Origin: Emiliania huxleyi CCMP1516
Taxonomy: Eukaryota
Direction of reading: 5' to 3'
Assembly (NCBI RefSeq): GCF_000372725.1
Contig: NW_005201984.1
Location: 310,001-374,000, forward strand
DNA: 64,000 bases
In this document: piece after piece, positions 22,024-33,908 of the stretch
Numbering within the stretch: the first letter of the stretch is position 1
Layout: each line of letters opens with the position of its first letter
The notes under the pieces: model-generated
What the model was told of the DNA's origin: nothing
Database searches by the model: none
What the model saw: only the letters and a program-made list of their open reading frames with translations
Translations under genes and position numbers: made by a program

Positions 22024-22746
22024 TCAGACCTCGTCGAGCGGCCGGTTGAAGCCTCCGCGCCGGTTCATGTACCTACACGCCCGGGCGCTGCGCGTGAGAC
22101 GGCGGACTGCTGCTGCTGGCTGGGCGAGGAGCGCGGCGCACTGGCGGTAGACGCGTTTCTCCTTGCGCCGCACGCCCTCCGCCTTGCAGCGCTTGTCGTC
22201 CACCCCCTTGCCCTGCGTGCTGTCAAAGCCGACCGGGAAGCCCATCGCCGCCATCATCGCCATCTCCTCCTCCTGCGCTCTCGCGGCAGCCTCCTCATCG
22301 GCACCCCCGCCGCCGGCGGAGCTGCCGCCGCCGTTGGCCATGGGAGCATCGCCGTTGGACACGCCGTTGGTCTGCGGCGGCCCCGTCGGCGGCGGACCGA
22401 CGGGCGGCGGACCGGCCGGCGGCGGCCCTGCCGGAGGCGGCCCGGCAGGCGGCGGCCCGGCAGGCGGCGGCCCTGCCGGTGGCGGGCCGGCGGTTGTGTC
22501 GCCGTCGCGGCGCCGGCGCCTGTCCGTCTCCTCTTCGTCCGAATAGTCGCGGCGCCGGCGCCGGTCGCGATCCTCGTCGTCCGAGTGGTCGCTGCGGCGC
22601 CGCCGCTCCCTCTCGCGTGACCGGTCGCGCCGGTCGCGGTCGCGCCGCCTGTCGCGGTCGCGGTCCCGGCTACGGTCCCGGCTGCGGTCGCGGTCGCGCC
22701 TCCTATCGCGGTCCAGGTCACGGTACCGCTCCTCCGAGCCCGACAT
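22024..22746 (-). CDS. SNRNP27: U4/U6.U5 tri-snRNP 27 kDa protein
   Basis: RD/RS-rich N-terminus and the C-terminal motif MMAAMGFPVGFDSTQGK...KRVYRQ|YMNRRGGFNRPLD; one intron at ~22072-22140. Confidence 0.92.
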   Translation of the reverse strand: MSGSEERYRDLDRDRRRDRDRSRDRSRDRDRDRRRDRDRRDRSRERERRRRSDHSDDEDRDRRRRRDYSDEEETDRRRRRDGDTTAGPPPAGPPPAGPPPAGPPPAGPPPAGPPPVGPPPTGPPQTNGVSNGDAPMANGGGSSAGGGGADEEAAARAQEEEMAMMAAMGFPVGFDSTQGKGVDDKRCKAEGVRRKEKRVYRQCAALLAQPAAAVRRLTRSARACRYMNRRGGFNRPLDEV

Positions 22747-22988
22747 CTTCTCTGCTCGTCGCTCTCGACGTCGCTCAAGCCCCCGGCGTCTTCGAGCTCT
22801 TGATGCTGGGAATGTGAAGGGCCTTCTAGGCCCGCGGGTTGTAGGGTAGTCTCCCCCCATTCCCAGGGCCTCCAGGGCTCGCACCTCAACCTCTCACAGA
22901 CCAGCGCAAAAGTATTTTCTTCTCAATAACAAGGCTGTGAATGTGCGTGCACGAGCCCCAGAAAGAAAGAAAGAAAACACCCAACCTA

Positions 22989-23451
22989 CAGTGGGTTGCG
23001 GGCATTAAGAAAACGTCGCATTAAGAAACCCTACCAAGAGATTTCCGCAAAAATCTAAGAAACCACGGCGCGCCGCAGGCGCGGCCCCGAGAAAAGGCCA
23101 GACACGAGTCTCGAGTGTGAACGGGAGCGGGGAGCCCCAGCTCAAAATTTCTCTTCGCCTGCGGCGCGCGCACTTGTCACTTTCCAAGTCTACGGTGAGT
23201 TCTGAGTGGAGTGGAGATGGAGGCGTGTGTGCGTCTTCCCGTCATCCAGAGAGCCGACTCGGCGGCAGACTCTGGCATCGCCCTCGCGGACCGCAGCTGA
23301 CCTCTTACCTAAAATCCTTAGGGGGCCGGCTCTGGCCTGAGTGCCGGCCGGAGCTAAGAAACCACGGCGTGGGGTGGGTGAGGGCTGTGGAAAGGCTTAG
23401 AAACGGCGGCGTGCCGCGAAATCCTGTTTTCTTAATGCCCGCAACCCACTG
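22989..23451. mobile_element. Tc1/mariner-pogo-type MITE (463 bp)
   Basis: Perfect 26-bp TIRs CAGTGGGTTGCGGGCATTAAGAAAAC / GTTTTCTTAATGCCCGCAACCCACTG with a TA target-site duplication on both sides. Confidence 0.93.
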
Positions 23452-24328
23452 TAACGGAGGGATGGGAGGACGGCACGCCGCCACCACACAGGGATTTTAA
23501 GAAGAGGGGTGTGGTGCGCTAGCCGTCGCCCACCCTTGGGCGTCCGCCTCTTCCTATCTCTCTTCGCAGTCTCTCGCCGACTCTCGCTGCAACCTTCATG
23601 CCACCCCGCGGTCGTCCCACCCACTCTCGTCGTTCCCTCCCTTGTCACTTCCTCCTCTGTCGCGTCGTTCTCTTCTGCCTCGTCCTGCGGCGCCGCCGCC
23701 TGCCGGTCCCTTGTTCTCGCGGCTTCTTTCGCCTTTCGGCGCAACTCCGTCCTCCTTGCTGCGTATCCTGGCCCCACAATTTGCCCTAGGGAGGGGGAAA
23801 ATTAATGGAGGGAGGTGCAAGGGGAGGGAGGGTAATAAATAAATAAAACGGACACCTCTATGTGAGATGGGCAAAAAAGAAACATGTCCCCGACCGTGTT
23901 TGTGCAGGGTTAGAGGGAGGGCAGGGATTAGGTGCCTGTCGCTATCTAGCAGAACCACAGATGTGAGACAGCGAGCGGAATTTGAATCCTGGGGAGTTGC
24001 CTTTCGGCCGCTCTCAGCACCCTGTATCCAAGCGAACGGACGGAAGTCGAAAACTCCAACAAAGGATTGTGCAAACTCTGACACTCTGGGTTTAGAAACC
24101 GTTATTATGGAATACGGGAGACAGTACCTACCTGTTGACAGAACGCGCTCGTGTGGTGGGGTGGGGGGTGGGGGGGTATGGTCCTGCTGGCCAGAGGCGA
24201 CGTCCTGTGCGGGTGGGGGGGTATGGTCGCGGCGCCAGGGCGCCGACCCTACCCCGCAAAAAGTCCGAACCATACCCCGCAAAAAGTCCGAACCCAGGGA
24301 GGCGGCGCGAGGAGGTGAGCGAACCGTC

Positions 24329-27300
24329 ATGGCAGGCCGCCTGGCCGCCGGCCTGCGGAACCTGCAGACCGCAGCCATGGACGAGATCTCCACGGCGGTC
24401 TTCAAGGCGACGACAGACGACCTGTTTGAGCCCAAGGAGAAGCATGTGGTTGCCGTGGCACGCTGGTCCTGCGAGCCGGAACTGCAGGAGCAGGTCGCGA
24501 GCGCACTGGCCAAGCGCGTGTCCACATGCGGCGCGCGGCCCGTGACCACGGCGAAGACCCTCTTTCTGCTCCACCGCGTCGCCACGACGGGAGAGCCAGA
24601 GGCGGTTCTCGGGCCCAGCGTCGCGGAGCTGCGCTCGCTCGTCGAGCGGCGATCACTCCCGGCCGCGGAACTCGCCTACGCTCCTTACATCGTCGGACTT
24701 TGCGAGTGGGACGACTGCAACCTCTTCCGCCGGCCTGATGCGCCCGCCTGCTGGCGCGGCATGCCACTTCCGGCCGTGCTCGAGGGGCTGCGGCCGCTGC
24801 AGGCGCTGGCGGAGCAGGTCTTCTTCTGCAGCCCTCTGCCTCTCCACCGCCGGCCTCACCGCCGCCGCCGCCCCTCGCCGCTACCGCCCCTCGCCGCCGC
24901 CGCCCCTCGCCGCCAGCCCTGCCACCCCTCTCTCCAGCAGAGAGCTCCTCCCGCACAGACAGCGAAAGTCGCGATGACGGACCACAGGCGCTCGAGCTCG
25001 CCCTCGACGCGAGCGAGGTGACGACGCCGGCGGTGGCGGCGCTGCGCCTCGCCGTGGCGGAGGACGCCTTCGCCATGTTTTTGTGCGAGACGGCCGGCGC
25101 GGCTGTCCTGCAGGACGGGCTGCTGGCCGCGCCTCTCGCGCTAGTCAACCTGCGGCCGGGAGGTGGCTTCCGAGACGCCTCCGAGAAGCCTCCGCACACA
25201 CCGCACGCCCTCGCCACACGCCCTCCCTCCCGCCCTCCCCCGCACTCAGGGCTGCTCGAGGCGCTGCGTGCGTCAAACAGGTGTGAATCGCGCGTGCCCC
25301 GCTGCCCTCCCCTGCCGCCTCTCCGCCCGACGCACTCCGGCCACGCTGCTCTCCCTCCCTCCTCCTCACTCCCTCCTCCTCCCTCCCTCCTCCTCCCTCC
25401 CTCCTCCTCCCTCCCTCCTCCCCCCCTCCCCCTCCCTCCTCTGCTCGCAGGCACGCGGAGGACGCTCTGATGCTGCAGGAGGCGCTCGGCTCGTGGCGCG
25501 GCGGCTCGGGCCGCCTAGATGCGGTGTTTCTTGCGAGCTCTTCTCACGCCTACCAAGCTCCTCTGACATCCGTGTTCCAGCGAGCTCTCCTGACACCGCA
25601 AGACGGTTTTGTCCGGCCGTGTCCAGACTGCAGTCCAGCTGCACCCACGCCCTCGCCCCGCTGCGCCCACGCACTGCAGGCTCCGGCCCGCTCGCAGACC
25701 TGCCCCACCTCGACTCTGTCCTCAAGGAGGGGCTGCCGTGGAGCGGCTCCCGCGCGAGGGTGCGCGCCTCGCCTCGGCCGCCGCCGGCAACGACGGGTCC
25801 ACGACACGTCCACGACACGTCCACGACACGGCCCGCAGGTGGCGCTCGCGACGACCGCCTCCGCCTCTGCCGCCGCCGCTGCAGTGATGAGCGGCAGCGT
25901 CCCGCCACCCACTCTGTTACACACTCCGCCGGCAGCGCGCTCCGACCCCACCGCCGCCTCGCCGACCGCCTCGCCTCCCGCCGACCGCCCCCACTCTCCG
26001 TCGCCGCCGCTGTCCGCCTCGGCGCCGCCCGACGGTTCTCCCGACGACGGCGGCGCCCGGCCGCCGCTGCTGCGCCTCGCCCCCACGGACGTCGAGATCG
26101 CCGTCTCTTCGTCCCGCGGGCTGCCCGGACCCTTCCCGGACCCTTCTCGGGCCGCCTGTAGGTGAAGATCGTCGTCTCGTCCCGCGACTTGCTCGCGCGC
26201 ACACCCGCGCCGGCGCACACCCCGCTCGTGCTCACGCCGTCCGGGCTCGGCCGCAGCGCGAGCGGCGCACACAGCGACGAGTTTGGCAGGGCGGGCATCC
26301 TGCCGCCCGCGCCGGTGGCGACGGCGCCGGTGCACGCGCCGCTGGGCGCGCAGGTGATGCGGGGAGGGCGCCGGTTCACGGCCCTGCGTGTGAGCAGGTG
26401 CACGCGCCGCTCGCAGTCGAGGTGAGCGAGCAGGACTTGCGCGTCGCCGCGTACGAGGCGCTGCTGCTCGCCGCCGCGGGCGACGGCGGCGGCCCTCTGG
26501 TCAGCGAGGAGCTAATCCACACTGTGCGCGGCCGGCTCGGGCTGCCCCTGCGGACGCACCGCTGCCTCGCCCTCCTCCTGCGCACCGACGAGCCGACCAC
26601 CTTCCGCCGCGTCGCCACCGAGCCGGCAGGGTGCCCGGCGCACCGCGCTCGCCTCCTCCTCGCCGCTAGGCCGAGCGAGGCCGCGTCGCAGTCGCCGACC
26701 GCGGAGGCGGCCGAGGGGGCGGCAGCGCGGCGTGGGGTGTGAGCAGCCTCGGTTCACGCACCCGGCTGTGAGCAGGAGGTGCGCGCCTTTGGCATGCGGC
26801 AGCTGCTGCTCCTTCTCAATGCGCCGCCAGCCGCGCCGCGCACGACGAGCGACCCGGAGACGCGCCTCACACCGCACTTCTCGCTTGCAGGCGCTGCACG
26901 AGCGCGGCATGTCCTCTGCCACGCTCGCCCGGCTGCGCCGGCAGGCGAAGAGCAAACGCCACCCCTCTCTCTCGTTCTCTCCCGCCCGTGCCGCTTCCCC
27001 CCTTGGAATGGCCCTGGGGGGGGGGGGGGTTTTCCTTACCCCCCCGGGAAGGGGCAAGGGGGGGCCCTCACCCGACATTTTCTCTCCCCCCGGCGGGGCT
27101 TTAACGGCCCCCCCCCCCCCCCCAGGCAGAGGCCCTCCTCGACCCCCCTGCGGGCGGCGGCGGCGGCGGCCGCGCCCCCCCAAGAGGCTAGCCCCCTCGG
27201 AGCAGGAGAGGAGCGAGGAGGACCCCCTCCGCGTCTCGCTCGCCGAGCTCGGGCTCGGCGACGAGCAGCCGGGACAGAGGGGCGGCGACGCGCGCGCGCC

Positions 27301-30230
27301 CGGAGAGGCGGTCGAGTGGCCGCACCAACTCGGGTTCCGGCTCTACTGCAGCTTGCTCGGCGCCACATACGGTGGCGCCCGCCGCCGCCGCCTGGACTCT
27401 CCCCCCCCCCCACCACCACCACCACCACCGCTCTCCCCACAGCTTGCTGCGAGCGCTGTTGCCCTCATATGCTCCCCTCACCGCCATACCCCTCAATCGT
27501 CGCCATTTCTCTCCAAAGTCGCCGCCGCCAACAACGCATGGCGCTCCCACATCGCCGCTTCCACCACCGCCTCAGCGCCGCTAGGCTCGAGCTCGCTCGC
27601 CGAGGAGGGGTACGCGTGCGAGGCGGCGGACGCCGACGCCGTCCTCTCGTCGCTCTCTTGCAGCTGGCGGGCCCTCCTCGTCGGCGAGGAGAGCGAGCGC
27701 CTCTGCCAGCTGGTGGTCGCCTTTGAGCGGCTCGAGATGGCGGACGGCGCCGGCGCCCAGCTGCTCGCGGGGCCGGTGACGCAGGCGCTGGACGCGACGC
27801 TGCACGACCTCGAGCTCGCTTGCACACGCAGCAGCCCAGCCAGGCGGCAGTCGGCGGCGGCTCGCAGGTCGCAGGCGGACGCGACGGCGCGCGCGCGCGC
27901 GGCTGAGTGGGGGTGGCGACATGCGTGTCCACGACGCGTCGACGAGATTGTCACGGCGCGTCCCGTAGGCGCGCACGGCCGAGTGGGTGGCTCGCAGGCG
28001 GCTCGAGGTGTTGGCGGCGGTCGTCTCGTACTTGGGCGGCAAGCTGCGCGACTACCGCGGGCACTATGGCGCCAGCCTCGACGAGATGGAGCTCGCGGTG
28101 GCCGTCTGGTCGCAGTGCATCGTCGCGCTCCAGCCCGCGGACGCGACGCCGGCCGCCGCCGCCGCGGGGCTGCGCGTCCAGGCGCAGCAGCTTATCGAGG
28201 CGTCTGTCGTCCGGCACGTCAAGCGGGTGCGGCTCGCGCTGAGCAGGCGGCCGCCGCCGGCCGCGCCGGCCGCGCCGCCGCCGCCGGCCGACGGCGGCGA
28301 GGAGTCGCCCGCGAGCTGCCGCGCACGGCAGGCGGCGGCGCAGCTCGCGCTCGAGGGCTGGCGCGTGGGCGTGCTGGCCGCGGCCGTGCGCGATGAGCTC
28401 GAGGCGGAGGGCCGATTCGCGCGCTGCTTCGACGCGTGCGTCGACGACGGCGCCGCCGACGAGGAGGGGAGCGCGCTGCGGTTCGTCCCGTCTAGACCGC
28501 GGGACACAGACGCCCGCACTCGAGCTGGCACTCGAGACCCCGCGTGCTCCTCTGCACTCCTCGCCCATGCCGCCTTCACGCCGCAGGTACGCCGCGCGCC
28601 TCTTTGAGCGCGAGATCGACGAGGACCTGCAGCCCGCCCTCTCCACTTTCGTGACGATCGAGGCGCACGCCCTCGAGGCCATCCGCGCGCTCTCGCCCTT
28701 GGCCGCCGCCTTCCGCTCCGTGTGCGGCGAGCCCGCCTTGCCGCAGCTGCAGCAGCTCTGCGCCAACCTCTCGGCTGGCTGGTGCGCGCGGAGCGAGCCC
28801 CGAGGCCGGCCGGCGCCGCCAGCAGACCCGCCCGTGTCCGCCACCGCCCCTCGGCAGGTGCACGCAGCTCGAGGCGCTGCTCGCCGAGTCCATCGGGCGC
28901 GCCGTCGAGCTCGAGGCGCCGGCCGGCAGAGAGACGCGGTCGAGAGACGCGGCAGAGAGATGCGGCGGAGAGATGCGGCAGAGAGATGCGGCAGAGAGAT
29001 GCGGCAGAGAGATGCGGCAGAGAGATGCGGCGGAGAGATGCGGCTCTCGTAGAGGCCCTGCTCCAGAGCACACAAGTCCAGGCCGCCGCTCACGGTCCAC
29101 CCCCCGCCCCCGTCGCCGCGCAGTCGTGGGAGCCAATCTCGGGGGGGCGGCCGGCGGTGCTGCGCTCCTCGTCGGTGGTCGACCTCTTCACCCAGCTCGA
29201 CCAGCTCTGCGACGTCTTCATCAGCTTCGCCAGCCTGCAGCCCCTCCAGCCCGCCGACCTGCGCGCCTTCACCGACGTCGTCGAGCGCAAGGTCGGCCGG
29301 CACCGCACCGCGCCTCCATGCCTCCACGCCTCCACACGCCTCCCCGCCGCCCGCATCTCGCGGCGATGCGCGCCGCTGCGCTCTCTCCCCACCGCGGAAC
29401 CTCGCCCCCGCGGCCGTCCAATCCCCCTTCCTGCCCCCTCCCCAAAGGTCGGGTCGTACGTGCGCATCGTCGCCGAGGGCTGCGTCCCCCTCCCCGCCTC
29501 CGCACTCGAGGGGGACGCGCGTCGGGCCGCCAGCGCAGTCGCCTCGGATGAGGCGCCGGCCACCTCCGCGGGCCGCTCGCGCTCCTCGCGCGCAAAGGGC
29601 GCCGCCGCCGGCCCGCCCGCCAACAAGGCGGCGCTCGAGGCCCAGCCGCTCGAGCAGCTCTGCCTGCGGCTCAACAACTGTGCGTGGGCGCGCGAGCAGC
29701 TGGGCAAGCTCGCGAGCAAACTGGTTGCATCGCTGCCAGACCTGACCGCCCTCGCCCGCACGCGCGTCGGCGGCGGCGGCGTCGACACGCTGATGGCGGG
29801 AGGGGCGTCGCAGTGCGACGCGGCGTGCGACGCCATCGCAAAGTACGTCGCGCGCAAGGTCGTCTACTACGAGCTCGGCTCCGCCTTCCTCACGCAGCTC
29901 TACCTGCCGTCGCCGCTCGATCCCGCCTCGCGCCTCGCGCCGCTGCTGACGCGCCTCAACCCCACCCTCGCCGCCATCGTGCGCGGCGTCGCGCTCGCCG
30001 CCTGGTCAAAGCAGGCGCTGCTCGCCGTGCTCGGCACCTTTAGCCTGGCGCTCACCGCGGTGCTCGAGGCGCCCAACCGGAGATACGCGCCGGCGCACCG
30101 CACCGTGTTGCTGCAGGACGTGCAGCGGCTGGCCGACTTCTTCATGGACGGCGGCCTGCTCGACGAGCAGGTGGTGGCCGGCTCCGTGTCGCCGCTCCGC
30201 GCGCTGGTCGAGGCGTCGTGCGCGGCTTGA
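24329..30230 (+). CDS. Unc-13/PATROL1-like MUN-domain protein with an N-terminal ANTH/ENTH-like domain (multi-exon)
   Basis: N-terminal ISTAVFKATTDDLFEPKEKHV...AKTLFLLHRV is ANTH-like. EQDLRVAAYEALL, LGFRLYCSLL, KLRDYRGHY, SSSVVDLF, LCLRLNN, KVVYYEL..AFLTQLY and LLQDVQRLADFF.DG resemble DUF810/MHD1-MHD2. Confidence 0.78.
28955..29045. repeat. Intronic 13-bp minisatellite (GATGCGGCAGAGA)n
   Basis: Direct reading. Confidence 0.9.
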
Positions 30231-31043
30231 CGCCACCCTCACGCCGGGGCAGAGTGTACTGCGGGCGCCCCCTCTGTTGTCTTCATATGTGGTGAGGCCT
30301 ACGGCTCTAGGTATTGTTACCGCAGTTACGTGTAAAGGGTGTGGATGCTGGGTTGAACAAAATCGGGGGACGCGACCCCCACTTCGCCACACAGACGGTC
30401 CCGCGCCTCGCCGCTATGACGGGGACACACCCCGCACCGTCCGCTGTGTCCCCGTCTTTGTCCGGAGTGAATACTCCAACGCGCTCGTCGGTGACGGCGT
30501 CCCCCGATTTCGCCGCGCTCGGCGAACCTCGACAGCGCTTTCGGTGGCATGCAGCTCTTTGCGACAGAAGCCTGGAGAGCAGCTCCTCTGCTGCTCACAC
30601 ACTCTGCACAGCTGACACAGCCTACTGTGCGGCTGCCACAGCTGTGACAGCGATGGGCTCGCCCTCACTGGCCCTCAGTCAGTTGTGCTGCGGCTTGTGT
30701 GAGCGACACTGCTCGGCGACTGCCGGCACACTGTCAGACCATGGGTGTGAGGTAAAACCACGCTACCAGGTGAAGCAAAACTCGTATAGGACAAAGTTGT
30801 GGGAGGCGCGGGGGAAATTCTTTTTGCTAAACACGGCTGACTGTCCAGGTGAAGCAAGCAGTCGCCGCCCACCCACGACGTCGCCTCGTAGTTCTGCCGC
30901 GCACACCACCCAACCTCCCACCCTCCAGTACGGCTCCCAGCGCGCTCAGCGCCAAGGTCACGCATCGCACTTTACGGCAACGCCCTCATCGCAGCATAAA
31001 CAAGCGCCCTGTTTCCACGTCGCAGGAATTTACACCAAAGCAA

Positions 31044-31484
31044 ATGGGACGCGAGGTCAACATGCGCCGCGGCAAGTGGGGCTACTACCAAAGCACTTGC
31101 GGGTACACCCGCCTCAGCCCGGGGTTCGACAACCTCGACAACTTGTGGACCTGGATGTACGACAACATCGGCGTCACCGTGGACACGCACCGCGGCGGCA
31201 GGTTTGCATCAGTGGCGGAGGTTCGGGAGGCCTTCGAGGAGTGCGCGCGCTTCTACGCGCCCGCGGCTGTTGCCGGCAAGCCCCACAGCCCGAAGGGACA
31301 GGGCCTCGCACCCAAGCCAACCGTTGCCGGCAAGCCCCACAGCCCGAAGGGACAGGGCCTCGCACCCAAGCCAAAGGCCGGCTCAAAGCCGGCGGCCAAG
31401 AAGGCCAAACCGCCACCAGCCAAGAAGGCCAAGCCGTCGAGCAAGAAGCAAAAGGTGGTCGACGTGCCGGTGCTCGTGGACTGA
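31044..31484 (+). CDS. Small basic protein: unknown ~70-aa globular domain + Lys/Pro/Ala-rich H1-like tail
   Basis: 146-codon intronless ORF with coding-like GC3, an internal 54-bp duplication (VAGKPHSPKGQGLAPKP x2) and the tail KPAAKKAKPPPAKKAKP. Confidence 0.65.
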   Translation: MGREVNMRRGKWGYYQSTCGYTRLSPGFDNLDNLWTWMYDNIGVTVDTHRGGRFASVAEVREAFEECARFYAPAAVAGKPHSPKGQGLAPKPTVAGKPHSPKGQGLAPKPKAGSKPAAKKAKPPPAKKAKPSSKKQKVVDVPVLVD

Positions 31485-32469
31485 GCCCACTCGCGTGAGC
31501 GGCGATCCAGGAGAGCGACGTTGCGTGTCAAGCCGAAAGACGAGCTGCGGCGTGAAGCGAGTCACTGATTGCGTACACGTCCGAGGCGAAAAGAGTCTTG
31601 GGCTGTTTTCAGAGCACCGCTCGGGGGAGGCACGAAAGGAGTGCAGGGCGCGTGGTTCAAGGGGCAGCCAAGGAAGCGGGGATTTTGCGGCAAATGGCTG
31701 TTGTTGCCCCAAACCGAACGGCTGTTGCCATTCGCGTTGCGGCTCTTTTATATTTGGTGTGAGAAAAGGACCACAAACCCCGCTCCTCACTCGCTGCGAC
31801 GTGCGAGGCAGTGGCAGTGGGTGATCTCCCCCTCGGCGCTTGTAGCTCTTACGGCGGTCGAGACGCCGGCGCCGGGCCCCTGCTGCTGCTCAAGTTAGGA
31901 GGTATCCTAGGACGACCAATTGATCTGTGCGTGAGTCTGTGTGAGTGTGTGCGTGTGTGATCACAAGCGGTGTCGATCGACATGATGTGGAGACGCTGCC
32001 TCCGGTTGGGTTCCGGTGAGGTGGAGTGAACACCGACTGCCACAGAAACACAGCGTGCAACTGAGTCGCCTCCAAGACACGAACCTTACTAGGGTCTTCT
32101 CAAACGCATTCTCCCCCCTGCCGGTAGACCAGGCAGACCCCCAAAAGAGCCGTAGAACAGCACTCTAGTGGCGGGGGCGGCAACGGTGGTAACGGCGGCG
32201 GCGGCGGCGGCGGCGGCGGGGGAGGGTTCGATGTGAGCCATCCAATTAAGGCATCCTCGTATGTCCTGCGGAGCAGAATAGAGGTGCGCACGAGGCAGGT
32301 GGCATAGCACGGCCCACCCCCTTCCACCCCCCCTCGCCCTTCGCAGCCTCTCCCCCCTTCCCCTTCCCACTGCGCTCTGTTGGTTCCTCTGTCCATCTAC
32401 AGCGTGGGTGGTGGTACACTGCACTGAGTCGAGACAGCTCCGCCACGCCGCCCGCCCCTTCCTCCGCCC

Positions 32470-32888
32470 CTGGAATACTTACGAATACCCGAAGCGGAAT
32501 ACAATACGCAATTACTTAATTACTTAATTAATTAGGTCAGGACGTGGAATACAATACGCGAGGTCAACTCATATTACTTGAACTCATATCACTCGAGGTT
32601 ACCCAAGATGAATAATCAAATCTAGCGACGCAGTCGCGCCCTCGCGTCACCTGATCAGAGCAGATGTTCGCGCCGCCCCGCTCCGCGCCGCCCGTCGCCG
32701 CGCCGCGCCGCCGCCCGACAATTATTAATTCATTATTAATTAATTAATAAACAATTATACCACCCGCCGCCGCGCCGCCCCGCACTGCGTCGCCCGCTGC
32801 CTCGCCGCGCCGCCGCCTCGCGCCGCTCGCCGCCGCGCCGCGCCCCCGCCCGATGATTAATAATTAATAATTATTACCCGATTCTTAA

Positions 32889-32922
<34 letters not shown>
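32470..32922. repeat. Low-complexity TE-like region: AT-only islands alternating with (GCC)-rich tracts, GGAATAC motifs and a (TG)n microsatellite
   Basis: Direct reading. Confidence 0.6.
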
Positions 32923-32926
<4 letters not shown>

Positions 32927-33908
32927 CTGATGGCAGGGAAGTCCAAGGCAGCGGCGAGCGGCAGGTGGCGTCGGCGACGTACTCAGGACCCGATGGCGAA
33001 GCCCACAGCGCAGGAGCTCGGCAGCAGCGCCGACAGCGGCCCCGCGCCGCGTCGGCGGCGGTCTGGCGCACTTACGCGAGCAGAGAGAGGGCGCGTTTCT
33101 TTTTCCGCAACCGCGTTTTTTTTCTTTTTTAGGCGCACCTACGCGAGCAGACGGTTGGCGCGTGCTTGGCGGCGGGCTGGTTCGACGAGGCCCGCCCACT
33201 CCTCCTCCCTCTCCCCTCACCCCCCCCCCCCCCTCTCTCCATCCTCTCCCCACTCCCCTCTCCCCTTCCCCCCTCTTCCCTCTCTCCTCCCTCTCCTCTC
33301 TCCTCTCTCCTCTCTCCTCTCTCCTCTCTCCTCTCTCCTCTCTCTCCTCCCCCCTCCCGGCCGTGGCGCGGCATCGTCCGCGCCCTGCGTCTCTTTGTCC
33401 AAAGGCCTGCTCTTCTGTGGGTGAGGCGGTGGAGCGGGTTTTCTTTTTTAGGCGGTGGAGCGGCATCGAGGGGCGCCGTCGCCGTCGGACCGCTCCCTCG
33501 TCTATGCGCTGCGCGCGTGCGGCCAGCTCGGCCTGCTGCGCGGCCCTTGCGCGCGTCTTCTTTTCTTGTTGTTGGGCCAGACGGCGCGTGTATGTCTTTT
33601 GTTAGGCCTGCTGCGCGGCCCGCCGCGCGTTTTCTTTTCTTGTGTTGAGCCAGACGGCGCGTGTATGTCTTTTGTTAGGTTTGCTGCGCGGCGCCGACGC
33701 GAGCTCGACCGCGCTGCAGCTGCACGCCGCTCACTCAGCCGGCTGCCGATCTGGCGGGCCAGATCGAGGCGGACGAGGCGCTGCTCTCCGCGCTCGCCTC
33801 GTGCGGCGCCTGTGATTGGCGTCTGTTCACACCTCCAGCTGTGAACAGGCGCTGCTCTCGGCGCTCGCTTCGTGCGGCGCTTGGCCCTAGAAGCGGAATA
33901 CGCGGAAT

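Noticed and set aside
31044..31484. DVNP or canonical histone H1
   Set aside because: Lacks recognisable DVNP motifs and the H1 winged-helix signature, so it is kept only as an orphan basic protein
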